A stretch of 54,525 nt of DNA, the filler included, from Sluysia triapertura (taxonomy: Eukaryota): the NCBI GenBank assembly GCA_046118255.1. It is 4 parts of 4 records of this genome, joined end to end, with 100 filler letters (N's around TTAATTAATTAA, not from the genome) between each part and the next. Parts side by side here need not be neighbours in the genome. Positions count along the whole stretch, not along the records: positions 1 to 12,019 come from JBJNIA010147054.1; positions 12,120 to 27,894 come from JBJNIA010219581.1; 2 more parts are not named here. One strand, written 5' to 3'. This document shows positions 1 to 12,230 of this stretch, in pieces. The first letter of the stretch is position 1. Every line of letters begins with the position of its first letter. A program made the translations under genes and the position numbers. Under the pieces are notes generated by a model. It was not told where the DNA came from, did not search any database, and saw only the letters and a program-made list of their open reading frames with translations.

Positions 1-259
1 ATAAATGTTATCATTATTATTGTTATTTTCTTTTTTATCCTTATTATTAATCTATCTCTCTGTTGTTTTAATTTTTCTTTTATACTTTATCCAGAACTTT
101 TTTCCAACACAAATTTAGAACATGTACTTTTAGTTCTATTCTTTATTATGATATTTTGTTTGTGTTTTGATAATCAATTGGCTTTGTTTAACTATATTGT
201 TATTGGATTGATGGATCACAATCGATTGTATGATATAATTTATGTAATAATATTTCCCA

Positions 260-1857
260 ATGAAATCAACTGAATACTTAAAAAAAACTTAAATGACTTT
301 CACGCTTCTCTGGAAAGTGTTTTAATTCCTATCAGAAGTGTTTTAACTAAGAATGAAAACAATATTTCAATTTTTGACAAATTTATTAGTGCAATAATTT
401 CTCCAAGTGCCAAGAAACTGTCACGTCAATCAATACCGTTTGGTAAAGTGAAAAAATATTTGAAAGTTTGTTTAGTGGAGCATTTTATTCTTCAAATTCG
501 ATATAATAATAGTTTAGATCAAACACAAACAAAAGATAATATTAATATCAATTTTAATAATGAATTAAATAAGTTTGATTCTTATTGTGATAAAATGAAA
601 GAAAACTTTGAAGAAGAATCATATTCATGCATAAACTGCGGCATTCGTTTTACAGGTTTAGATGTTTTGTCGCAGCATAATTGTCGAAATCTTGACATTA
701 TGTCACATATTTGTCAATGTGGCACTGTATTTAATGATCATTTATCATTCGTTAATCATATTAGACCATCCAATCAAAATGTAAACAAAAAGATATTAAT
801 TTTTCCAAAATGTAAATGGGCAACGATGCATTATTTATTGATATGGTTAGACTTAGTTTTATCTGAAGCTGACAATCAAACTTACAATTTTTATTGTCAA
901 ATTTGTTTACATGAATTTTCAAACTTCATTACATGGTTAAAACATTATAGTGTATGTATTGATAGTGACGCCTTAATGTGCTTTATTTGTAGTAATTATA
1001 TCGGAAATATTTCCATAAATTTATTAAGTAATTTGAAAACATTATTCATTCCGGTTGATTACCAAAATACATCTGATGTAAGTTTGAAACATTTGACAAA
1101 CTTTTTTGTTAGTACAAAATTAAATAATTATCCTATCGATAAAATAATGTCCATGATTGGTTATGATAATATGTTTTATTTTGAATTAAACAAATTATTA
1201 CATACAACTTTTGATCAAAAACAAATGAAATCAGAAGAAGAAGAACATAATTATGAATATCGTAAAAAGCAATTAGTACATTTTTTCACTAAATATCCAG
1301 AAATATGTGACAGTTGTTATATACGGTTTGAAAAAGCTTTTGATTGTGATCCTTTGTCTTCATCAAAATTTAATAATACTTTACTACAACATAAATGTCG
1401 ACATTTACAATTAGATGAACATGTTTGTTTTTGCACTGCACGGTTTAGTGGTCATCAAAATTATGTTTTTCATCAACTTTATCGTTGCCAGTTTTTATTG
1501 TTTATACATATTTCAATTTTAATGGTATTAAATCGATCGATAAAAATTTATTCATTGTGTAAAAGTATGCATGTACCATTGCATAAATTATCATATTTAC
1601 GTGAGCATTGGAAAAAGTGTAAAATATGCCACTTCGAGTGGATTAAGCATTGTCACTTTTGTTCTGATGAATTCAAAGCCAGATATTGTGATGATGATCA
1701 TTACTTTAATGAATTAATTAAAGCTAAAGACTTGGTTTTGAAATGTGATAAGAAAGTTGAACGTAAAGTGTGTGCACGCAATGCTTCTGATAGTAATAGT
1801 TTCAGTACCGATCTGGTGTGTTTGAAATCAGGTCCACCTTTTTCACTAATGAATTAA
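260..1857 (+). CDS. Cys/His-rich multi-zinc-finger protein (C2H2/C2HC-like), intronless, about 470-530 aa
   Basis: 469-codon ORF 448-1857 in very AT-rich DNA with repeated CxxC-x3-F...H and CxC-x3-F-x8-H motifs. The frame is already open from 274 without an ATG. ATG 260 joins it if one A is added to the A8 run at 280-287. AATAAA follows near 1882. Confidence 0.8.
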
Positions 1858-2228
1858 AAAAAAGAAATTGTACCGTTTACAAATAAACATATTGTAATTT
1901 AATTTATTATAATACTTAAAGAATTCGAATGTACTAATTGAAATGTTAATTTGTTTTCTAAAAATTTACATTCTTTATAATAAATAAAATGTTTATTTTC
2001 AAGAATAAAATTTGTTTTAATAAATATTATTTTAACATATTTATAAAAAATAATATACATATTTTTTAATATGTATATATAATTTTTTTAATTATTAATT
2101 ATCTTTTTATACTATATTTACATACGTATATTACTTAAGTTTTTGAATGAAAATAATAATTTGATCTACATTTTCTAATTTATTAACTATTAACTTGTTT
2201 TGTATTAGCATATGTATTTGGCAAATCA

Positions 2229-3195
2229 ATGAATAACAATTCAAATGTAAATATGTCAGTTGATTCTCTTTTATCCAACAAAAAATTATTGAATCAATTA
2301 GATACAGCTTTAGTGAATTCTCAGTCACTAAATCAACCTGGTCTTATAAATGCATCAAATATTCACCCATATTCTTATTTTTGTGCATTATTAGGTTTAG
2401 CAGAAACTTTTAGATCAATGAAGCCTCCTAATATCCGTTTATGTATTCACTGCCTAAAATCTATTCTTTATTATAAATTACCAGCTAATTTAGAAGCAAG
2501 AACTAGTTTAGATCTGGGTAAAATTTTATTGCGATATAGTCGCAGTGAAGATCAGATAAAGTTTTATTTGGAAAAAGCACGTACACTAGGAGCGCATTTG
2601 CGGGCTCCGGATGATGTAATTAAATTTGAGGCGGCTGATTTGTTGTCTGAATTTTTGGAAAGTCGTGGTAAACGTGGTGAAGCCATTTGTGTATTACAAG
2701 ACGCATTAAGACTTTCTAATTGCAATCCTTATTGGCATTGTAGGTTAGATGTTAATATTTTCAATAATTTGTATTACAATTTTCAGGCTATTGTTGCGAT
2801 TAGCAAGCGCTTATGTTGCCGAAAAAAACATTCAGAAAGCTTGCGAAGTTTTAACAATTGGTAGTGATTTTTCAAAAAATTGCGTAGAGCCAGATTACAC
2901 GAAAGGATTATTTTTGCTAAGCAAATGTATGCTTCTTTTACCAGATCGTCAAACTGAAGCAAGTACTTGTCTTACTTTGGCTGGACATTTAGTTGATAAT
3001 TTTCGAGGTCCTTTATTTCTTCAAGAATCATTACGAAGTATGTGGTTATTACTACAAGTTAGTCAGTATTTGTTGAACGGTCGAGTCAAGACAAGTCGTG
3101 GTGCTCTGAAGAAATTGCACAATTGTATTCAGAAGTTAGTAGCGTTGGATGAAGATTCTATGGGGACAACTGTATCTATGTTAGCGTTTCTTTAA
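2229..3195 (+). CDS. MAU2: MAU2/Scc4 cohesin-loader subunit, N-terminal ~307 aa only (exons 2229-2743 and 2787-3195)
   Basis: ALLGLAETFR, PPNIRLCIHCL, EARTSLDLG, KFEAADLLSE, PYWHCR/LLLRLA, LFLLSKCMLLL, ESLR and LKKLHNCIQ match metazoan MAU2 colinearly. Splicing GTTAGA(2744)...TTTCAG(2786) joins the two ORFs in frame. Confidence 0.93.
2744..2786 (+). other. 43-nt GT-AG spliceosomal intron in MAU2 (phase 2)
   Basis: tgt ag|GTTAGAT...TTTTCAG|g cta restores the conserved WHCRLL. Confidence 0.9.
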
Positions 3196-6100
3196 ATAAT
3201 TTAAAGTTTGTAATTTCGATGTAACATTTATAACTTAATTACAAATACTTTCTATGGTGGTTTTCCTAATTTTTATTAAAACGAATTGCAGTAGATTATC
3301 ATCAAATTTATTCAAAATTATCATATGTGCTCATTTCCTGAGGAAATTTAGCGTAGGTGAATTTTATAGGTTGTTGAAAAACTTAAAAGGATTATTATTT
3401 GGTAAAATTGCTTTGAATTTCCTTAAGTTACATGATACTTATTTCACAAAGCCGGTGTAAGCTGTGATGTGATATTTTTTTCATCCAATAAATTAATAAC
3501 ATCCTAAGCTTGTTTTTGATTTACGAAAATTTATTCGAATATATTCGTTTTGCTGAATATATATGGTTGAATACTTTATTATTAATGTTTATGAACATGT
3601 ATTATTTTTCAAATTTCAACGGATAATCAGAAAAATGTTTAAACCAAGAAATGAACCTTATAATTTCTTTGTATTGCTTTTGAGGCAAATTTTTATTTAA
3701 TTAAGAAAAAAATGTACATCTTTTTTATGTATAAATACATAAAGTATTTTGTAACATTTAACCTTAGATCAAGTTTTATTGCAATCTTGTTTGGCTATCT
3801 TTCCAGATGAGATTAATATCGATATTTTGAACTTTATTTACAATTACAGAATGGTTGGTTGTATAGAGGATTTGAGGGCAGAATAAAATTTGAACTTATC
3901 TATGACCCTATGATATTTCTGATCTTTTCTCTAATTGTCGATTTACATATTTTACCTTACTCTTACATCGTTACTTTGGTATGCAACTTTACTTAACTTA
4001 TAGTTGTTAGTTTTTAATAATTTTTATTAAATTTTTATTTTTGATTATATTAAAATCAAACTATTTATCAATGAAGGTACTTTTAAATTCAATTTGATGA
4101 ATGAAAAACGATAAACAAGAAAGAAATACGTATTAAAACAATAAAAACTGCATGACCCATGTAATAAAACCTGATAAAATGTTTCTAATTTGTAGCTGCG
4201 TCCGACGTATGTTTTGTATGATATCATAATCATTGTTATATAACAGTATAAGATGCCGTGATACTTCAGCACCTGCAGAAAACTTCAATATTTCATTCAT
4301 GATACCATTTACAAGCGATTTGAGTTTCGCGAATATAACTTCAGGAATTGGTAACGTAAAAAGATAATCATCTGATGTACAATGGATTTTTTTGTCTTAC
4401 TAAAATATCCTGACGTTTGATTATTAAAATTAATTAGGATTAGCATTGGTAATAACATGATAATTATGTGCATCACCGATATTGTGTTTAGTGGCACATG
4501 AATCAATAATTGAAATGAGAAAGTTCTAAAGTATACGTGCTACTACAAAATTGAATTTGTCTTGTGTGTGCGTCTGATGGTTAGATTTTGTTGGAGTTCG
4601 TTTAAGATTTTATTTATGGAAGACGCGTTAAATTGTGTTGGTGTTTCCTTGCGATTGTATTTACAATTACAGTTCACTACAGTTGTGTATTTACTTGATT
4701 GGCAGAAATAGTTATTCTTTTGATGTTATAAAAAATGAACAAATTACACAATAAAGGTTCTCAACAAATGTCACACTTAAAACTAAATATTAAGATTAAA
4801 TATTGTATGTTAAACTTCAAATTATGTCATTTTTCAATATAATTTAATGAATAAATAAATAAAATTTAACTTTATTTACTGTTGCAGAATGTAAAATGTA
4901 ACTCAAAACCAAACGTTAATATAGGATCGCCACTGTTGGTATCTGAAACGTATGCTGGGTGTTTTTCTTAATCTAAAAACCTAACCTAAAGCAAAATAAT
5001 TAATTATTGAGTCCGTTTACAGTATACGACTTACTAATGGCGTACCTGGAAAGCAATTATCAAAATTAATTCGTACAAAAAACATTCTTTGCCTTAACTT
5101 AACAATAATGGGCAAAATCGTCGTTTATATTAATTAACAACAAATAACTTAAAAACTAATTAAGACCAACGCTAGCTTAACAGATATTCGAATTAGTATA
5201 AAATCAGGTAGATAATAATGGTATCTTTTCTTATATTTTCAAATCTCACTATAATAACTGCCAGAACCTTTTTAATTTATCTTTATTTTATAAACGATAT
5301 TGGAATTGCGTCATTACGATGAAAAATATACTCAAATTTAAGTCGTAAAGTTATTATTAAGACAATTATAGTAAAAAGGAAAACAAAGTTTAAAAAACTT
5401 TCTAATATTTTTATTAAAGCAAAAATGTAACAAAAATAAAATTATTAGAAATATACTAAATTCGAAAATAGATAATTATTAATACGACAAAAACAATATA
5501 AAAGTGTTAAAAATGATAAAATTATAATAATGATAATAATTGAAATATAATAAGGGTCTAACCGAAAGACTCTATCCTGCTATAACTATTTTATAATTGA
5601 CCTTAAGGGCCAACTAAAGGTCTAAGATTTTATATTTTAGAGTGATTTTATGATTGGCCTTAATGACCAACCGTGAAAAATGGTATTTTACGTATATTTT
5701 ATAAATCTACTTGAAGTTAATAACTTATGTAAATCAAACTTATGATTAATCAATGAAAAACGTGAATGGTAGATAATTGTTTCTTCTTTCAAATGGATTG
5801 TGCTATGGACGGTGGAAAATCGTTCCCTCTAATCATAGACGCTGGACACGATATAAATAATTTGATTGATGATTTTAAAAATTATTACACTCCTTGACAC
5901 GAATGATTTGATACCAAGATGCTGGATTATTGATTCCAACTGAATAAGATGGCGGAATATTGCCAGATGACTTTCTTGTTTTTTAATTATGGCGATTTGT
6001 AATTGCAATTGTGACTTTGTTTTCTTTGTCTGTCTTTATATATTCATAAAGACATTTTAAAGTTTTTATTTGAGTTAAACAAACTTCTTTCTAGGAGTTT

Positions 6101-8872
6101 CTTTTTACGTATTTTTTTAAATTGTAATAATAATAATTTTAATTTTGTTATAATTAAAATAATATTTTTTTAAATAATATAAATTTTAATAATTATTTAT
6201 AATATTTTGTAATTTTAAAAAATCATAAAAATATAAATTGTAAAATATAAAATTATGTACACCTTTACATATCCAATGTAAAAAGATAAAGTGTTAAATG
6301 AGATCTACTTTCCACTTTGAGAATTAGCTTCGTTGTTTATTTAATTATAAATTGTAATCTCTAATTCTACAGTCTATTTTATTGGTTATCAATGAATGAA
6401 TAATAAGTTCAGTTTGTTCTTTATAAGTTTTCGAATATTTGCCATTTTCTTTAGTTGATATATAAACTTTTAACAATACAATTAATATTCTTTTATGTTC
6501 ATTTTGAATCATTACAACAGCTTACATTTATTATTTTTTCGCCAACTAAAAGACAGAACGATTAATATCCGAAAAATCGATCGTATTTATTATTACATCT
6601 GGTGCATCATTTTTTATATTGAAATCTTTAAAAGTTGACTGCTTGAGAATAGAAAATGTATTATTACAGTTTTAATTTATTCTTCTTATAACAAATTTGT
6701 CATTATGTTATTTATTTAACTGATACCTCCTTCTTTAAGGAACACAAGATCTATTAGATGCAATCGTATCACAATTTATTTCACAGTGTGTAGCATTTGA
6801 ATTTGTTATTAATTAAGTGTGACGGCGTATACGTAATTTTTGCAGAAACATCAGTATTTCCACTACTTTTATTAACATAACTAGATAATTTTGACTAGAT
6901 AAGTTCAAGTCCTCTAAAGAAACAGTAGCATTAGAACAAAAATTATCTCGAAATTTTTCGCAGTGTTACGGAATTTGTTTATCATGTACAAATGCACAGC
7001 CTTTGTTTAGTTGTAAGAATAATGATGAATTTAGTGTCAGAAAATACAGAAAATGTAAGTGAAAATTATCAAATAAAAGAAACATTTCCGTTTGATTTAA
7101 ATTATGCACCGATTAACTTTTTTTAAAATGAATTTCTAGACAAACACAATGCCCCAGTTTCGACCTTAGGTAACGAAATTGTAGAATTGAACTGATTAAA
7201 AGCTGAACAATCTGAAATAAATATCTTTAATAATTTTGCAAAGTATGCTAAAATAAAAATTTATTATTAGAGTTTAATAATAAATAAAATCATTTTTTAT
7301 TGATTGGCTGATTTTTCTGAAATTCAGATATATTTATGCATTAAATGAAAAATCATGAAAAGATTTCTATTAGTTCTAGTGATAATAATGGTAAAGGATC
7401 AGTAACTCTGTTGATTATGTCCTTTGTCACTCCAGAATAGTTTAATGTTTTTTATGTACAACTGTTATTTCATGTTTGGATACATTAAACAATACAATTT
7501 TTATGAATTTTATAAATTATCCTATTAATTATACTACAAAAAAATTTACAATATCATTTGTAAAAAAATTAACGGTTCCGAAATATTTTTTTATAATTTA
7601 ACATCAAAGATGATAACTCATTTATATATCAAAGATGACGATTTATTCGGAATATATTTTATTAATATATATAACTGCAATTGCATTAATTTCACTTTTA
7701 CATTTATACACAATTAAAATTTTTTAAATGAACACTTCTATACCTGATATATCAAATGATTTAAAAATTCATGATGAAACGTCACCTCTAAGTTCTTTAA
7801 AATGTAAGTTTTTAGAAAACGAAAATGATACAAATGTAAATGTAAATTTAAAAATGATATAAATTTGTAATATTAAATATAAGTTTTTGTAAAAGTAAAT
7901 AAATAGTTGTTATTATATTGTAGTATTTTTATATTTTTATTATTTTTAAAAAAATTCTTATACTACTTAAAATTATTATAATTATCATTATTAAAAAGCA
8001 CTATTATTATTAAAAGTATTGTTATTATTATTATAAATATTATCATTTCATTACCTAAAATTATGTGTGTATGATTAAAATATTTTACTATAAATACAGT
8101 ATCAGAAACATCAACATTTTATAATTCAATTTATATATTTTTAAAATAATTACAAGTGTTGAAAGATAATTAGTAATTAACATTATCAACTCATAGCAAG
8201 GAAAAATTATTTTACCAAGAAGAAATTACTTTGATTAATTAACATTACACTTCTTGGGAAGAAAATTATTTTGTTGTTAAACAATTTTCGTTAGTTTATG
8301 ATATTTAAGTATTATCATTTTAATTAAGATAAAAAAATTTTAACGTAAACTTTAATTTTTTAAATAACAGTAAAATTTATTTACCACATAAATGGATATA
8401 AAATCAAAATACAAAAAATAAGTTATCAACCGATAATTGATTAATAAAATTTAACTGTAAGGAATAAAAATATTATGAGTAATTTTCTTGAAAAAGATTT
8501 TGATCACATAATCATAGTATCATTATTATATTAATTTTCAAAGGACTATTATCTAACGAAAATTTTATTTATTTGTATCATTTTATAACTAGTGTAGTCT
8601 AAAAAGAAATTTATAAATATTAAATGACGTTATTGATTTGATTAATAAAATTTATACTGTGATTTCCTATTTTCAAAGAATTTTTACACTAATTGTATAA
8701 ATTATATAATTTTAAAATCATTCAAAAACAAGAAAGACAGTAACTGTTTTGGAAGTTTAATGTTTAGTAAAGTTAAATTATTTTTTATTGTTACAATTAT
8801 TATTTCAATTATTAAAAAATTTAATTTTTTATTACTAACTTTATAAGAAAATACAAGATTAGAACAAAATTT

Positions 8873-10157
8873 TTAAATCAATTTAAAGTCTTCATTGGTA
8901 AACCAAAATAAATGAGAACAATTGTATATAATTTTAATTAAATGGAACACAAATATTACATAAAAATGTTTATTATTTTTATAATTCAGCTTTAATTGGA
9001 GACATACTATAGGCTGGACGGTATTGTAAATCCTAAAACAAAAATAGATAATATAAATTAATTCGATATGAATAAGATTAAAATTTACTTCAAAGTAAAT
9101 ATTGTTAACAAAATTGTTTGGTCCATTAACAATTGGTGAATTCAATTTTACTTTAAGATCGTATTTATCAAATAAAATCAAATAAAAATATCCTGTAGTA
9201 CTTTTGCAGTACTTTTACACTTTCCATGTACGAGGTTCTTAACGCATCTGTTTACGGAATATAAAATTCAAATTGTTGCCGTTTAAATCAGAGTCTTTAG
9301 AAACTTTATATGTGATTATATATTGATTATGTAAAAAATGATACAAAGACAAATAATCTTAACTTGTTCAAGTTTGGGTTCAAACACTAGAATTTTATCT
9401 AATTTCAAATAATTGAATATATCAAAATTTACAAAATATGTTTTTATTCTCACACGATTTCTATTTGTACTAATGACATAACGTACTTTAGACTATTAAA
9501 GTCATTAGGTAATTCCAAATTAGATTGTGAACAAAATTTAATTAAGAAATAGGACTCACGAAGGTTTTTATATATGCATATATAAAAATTATTACCTGAC
9601 TTTACATCTTTCGATCGTTCTAAATACAGAAAACAGTTTCGTATTCTTCTATCCACTTTCTGCTTCATTCCATCATGACATTTGCTGTTATAATCATCAC
9701 ACATAGCTTTGTTAATGTTGTAGTATCATCATCTTGTTCACTTTTAGTATTAGACCTGTTTAACATTTCATTATAAATAGCAACAAAGTTTTTGTCTGTG
9801 TTTCCAGTTTCACAAGAAATACAATTGTGATTAAATAATTCATGGAAGAGAATTAACAATGGTATCATATTGATTGTTTTGTCCATATAAAACTCTGATA
9901 AAACTTCAAAATCGTAATAATCCTTTTGTTCAGTAAACTTCTTGGAGAATTTCATTAAATTCTTTCATTTGGTTGACTCATTAATTCTATTACAGACTTT
10001 GGAACAATTATGTAATTATTTCCACTGTTATCAACTGATCTCACTTTCCATAAATCTCCACCTGATGATTCGATTAATCTGTGCTGTAAACCAAATTCAA
10101 CTATTGTTTTAAATTAGAATAATTAGTAGTTACATTATAATACAAATGTTCACTCAT
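8873..10157 (-). pseudogene. Degraded orphan gene with possible N-terminal BTB/POZ domain
   Basis: Chain of minus-strand ORF pieces (9665-9955, 9450-9704, 8873-9181) from ATG at 10157, with several stops. DQLITVENNYIIVPKSVIELMS ... DYYDFEVLSEFYMDKTI loosely fits the BTB consensus. Confidence 0.4.
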
Positions 10158-10269
10158 TTTATTATATAACGTTATTTATTATGAACCCTTATTTTTTATC
10201 AACCACAAATTATGAATTATAATTATTTTTCTGCCATCCGTAATTATTTTTTTAGTTGCTTTTGATAGA

Positions 10270-10475
10270 TCTTTCTAATTTTATTATTCGAGGTGATTGG
10301 ATGTCCTATCCAAGCAAGCAAATATCTATTACGATGGTGACACTGATCGGACATCCAATCAATTGCTACTTTTTAATAAGTTAAAATTACAAGCATGAGA
10401 ACATGTGAGATGGATTGTATTATTGATTAGTCAGACATGTAATTAACTGTCATGCTGAATAGTTTATCAACTGTC
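10270..10475 (-). promoter_or_regulatory. Shared cis-module (GGACATCCAATCA inverted pair, TTAACTGTCA)
   Basis: Perfect 13-bp inverted repeat TGATTGGATGTCC 10294-10306 / GGACATCCAATCA 10349-10361. On the minus strand it is homologous to 24467-24535. Confidence 0.55.
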
Positions 10476-10482
10476 GGCTGGT

Positions 10483-10700
10483 TGTGGTGTCACTCCTATT
10501 TTAATAATTTCGTCACCCTCAAAATTTATAAAATTTCATAATCAACCCATTCACTTTACTGTTACTTTCCCACATTAACATAAACTATAAATCATGCCCT
10601 CCAAACTCCAAACCTCACACCAAAATCATTTGTATCAACATCACAGTTCGTTCCCCTCTGATTATCATCCACATCATCATCACTCTCAACGTTATCTTTA
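10483..10700 (+). mobile_element. Degenerate TGTGGTG-type LTR-like repeat
   Basis: TGTGGTGTCACTCCTA followed by C/A-skewed sequence, like the copies at 20690, 39307 and 44870. Confidence 0.35.
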
Positions 10701-10848
10701 CTATTTTGTAATTTTTATTAATTTTATAATTTTTATTACTTTAATTATTTTTATTATTTTTATTGTTTTTATATACTTTCTTCAATATATATAATTTATT
10801 TACCTAATCTATTTTTAGTTAGTCAAAATAAAAATAAACAAGATAAAA

Positions 10849-11950
10849 ATGATTAATATATGTAGCAAAGGCGACGAATTGTTAGAAACTCGTTTCAATG
10901 AGGTTACAAATCCTTTAAATCCTATTTTTAATGAACATGTAGTAATTGCGTTTAATGAAGTTGAAGATAAGATAAATCATTTAGAATTTACTGTAGTTTA
11001 TCTTGAAGATAAGTTTACTCATAATTTGCCAGCGAATTTAACCATTGGTGATTTAAAGAAATTGTTAGAACCAAAACTAAATGCCTCTAATTTACAAAAT
11101 TTAAATTATTTCAAACCTGAGTTATTGAATCCAATGACCGATACTACATGTGAAGGTGAAGTCGAAGGTAAGATAAATCATTTAGAATTTAGATTCATTT
11201 AGAAAAGTTTACTCAAAATTTTCCAGCAGATTTAACCAATGGTGTTTTAAAGAAGTTATTAGAATCAAAATTAAATAGAATCAAAAATTAATCTTACGCG
11301 AGATACTAGCTGATAATGTTACTCTAGGTGAATTAAAGTTAAATAAATCCTGTAAAACAATGGTTGTTGGCTTATCTCAAAATGAAACTGAAAGTTTATT
11401 TAAAATGGAAGCTGGTGTTGTAGCTGTTTTGCCTACTCATTTGGATAAAATATTTAAAAATATTACGATAGTTGAGACATGTCATATGAATACTATTGTA
11501 AATAAAGTGTTTACTTTTGATGTAAGTATGATATATCATAAGAAGGCAATTATGACAAAAACCGTCAATTATCGAGTTCTGCTAATGCATATTAATCTCC
11601 GCGATGAGCAACTTTATGTTCTTATTGAAGTTCTGGCCAGTAAGACTTTTATTAATTCAAATTTTTATTTTAGGTCAACGATTGATGGTATACTTTTTAT
11701 GTATTATTATTGTTTTTATGAAAAATTGATTTTTGTTCGCGAAATAGATAAACTGCGTGCTTATTTTGTTTTGTACTCCTTAATTAAAAAGATCATTCAC
11801 GGCCTTAAGCCTATGTTGTATTTTGAATTAGTAATATTCGTTATGGACCTTAAGTCCAAATTTTGTAAATTAATTTTAATTAATTTGATCAATATATTTT
11901 TTAAATTACTTTCATCTTATGTTGAAAATGTTGGGACTGCCAAACTGTAA
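10849..11950 (+). pseudogene. Frameshifted gene with a partly duplicated UBFD1-like ubiquitin domain fused to an unrelated C-terminal region
   Basis: LEFTVVYLEDKFTHNLPANLTIGDLKKLLE, and NQKLILREILADNVTLGELKLNKSCKTMVVGLS (frame from 11279 into ORF 11360), resemble the UBFD1 Ubl (QKVMYKGL..EDKTLREIKVTSGAKIMVVGS). Frameshifts near 11195 and 11277. Confidence 0.6.
10957..11276 (+). repeat. ~120-bp direct repeat (10957-11082 / 11158-11276) duplicating the Ubl N-half
   Basis: gaagttgaagataagataaatcatttagaattt...ttagaaccaaaactaaat versus gaagtcgaaggtaagataaatcatttagaattt...ttagaatcaaaattaaat. Confidence 0.9.
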
Positions 11951-12019
11951 GATCAGAAGATGAGCGAGAAACATTTAGATTATTAGATGAAAGAAACAAC
12001 TGATACAAAGTGATGGATT

Positions 12020-12119
12020 NNNNNNNNNNNNNNNNNNNNNNNNNNNNNNNNNNNNNNNNNNNNTTAATTAATTAANNNNNNNNNNNNNNNNNNNNNNNNN
12101 NNNNNNNNNNNNNNNNNNN
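12020..12119. other. Artificial contig linker N44-TTAATTAATTAA-N44
   Basis: Exactly 100 bp, stops in all six frames, identical at three sites. Confidence 0.97.
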
Positions 12120-12230
12120 CAATAGTAAGAAGTGTGATTGCTTTAGAATTTATGTTTTATTGAAATTTAAATTATGGTTATTGGATATTATGTTTTAAAA
12201 AGTTTTAGGTTTTAAGTGTTGGCCACTACA
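12120..12230 (-). mobile_element. Terminus of TGTGGTGG-type repeat, cut by contig start
   Basis: Reverse complement reads TGTAGTGGCCAACACTTAAAACCTAAAA. Confidence 0.5.

Noticed and set aside
5200-5310. Non-LTR reverse transcriptase remnant (LYFINDI)
   Set aside because: Single short motif. The GVPQGS and YADD motifs are not recoverable.
12020-12119. TTAATTAATTAA as a biological motif (also 27939-27950 and 43180-43191)
   Set aside because: It is centred in identical 100-bp N spacers, so it is an assembly linker with six-frame stops.
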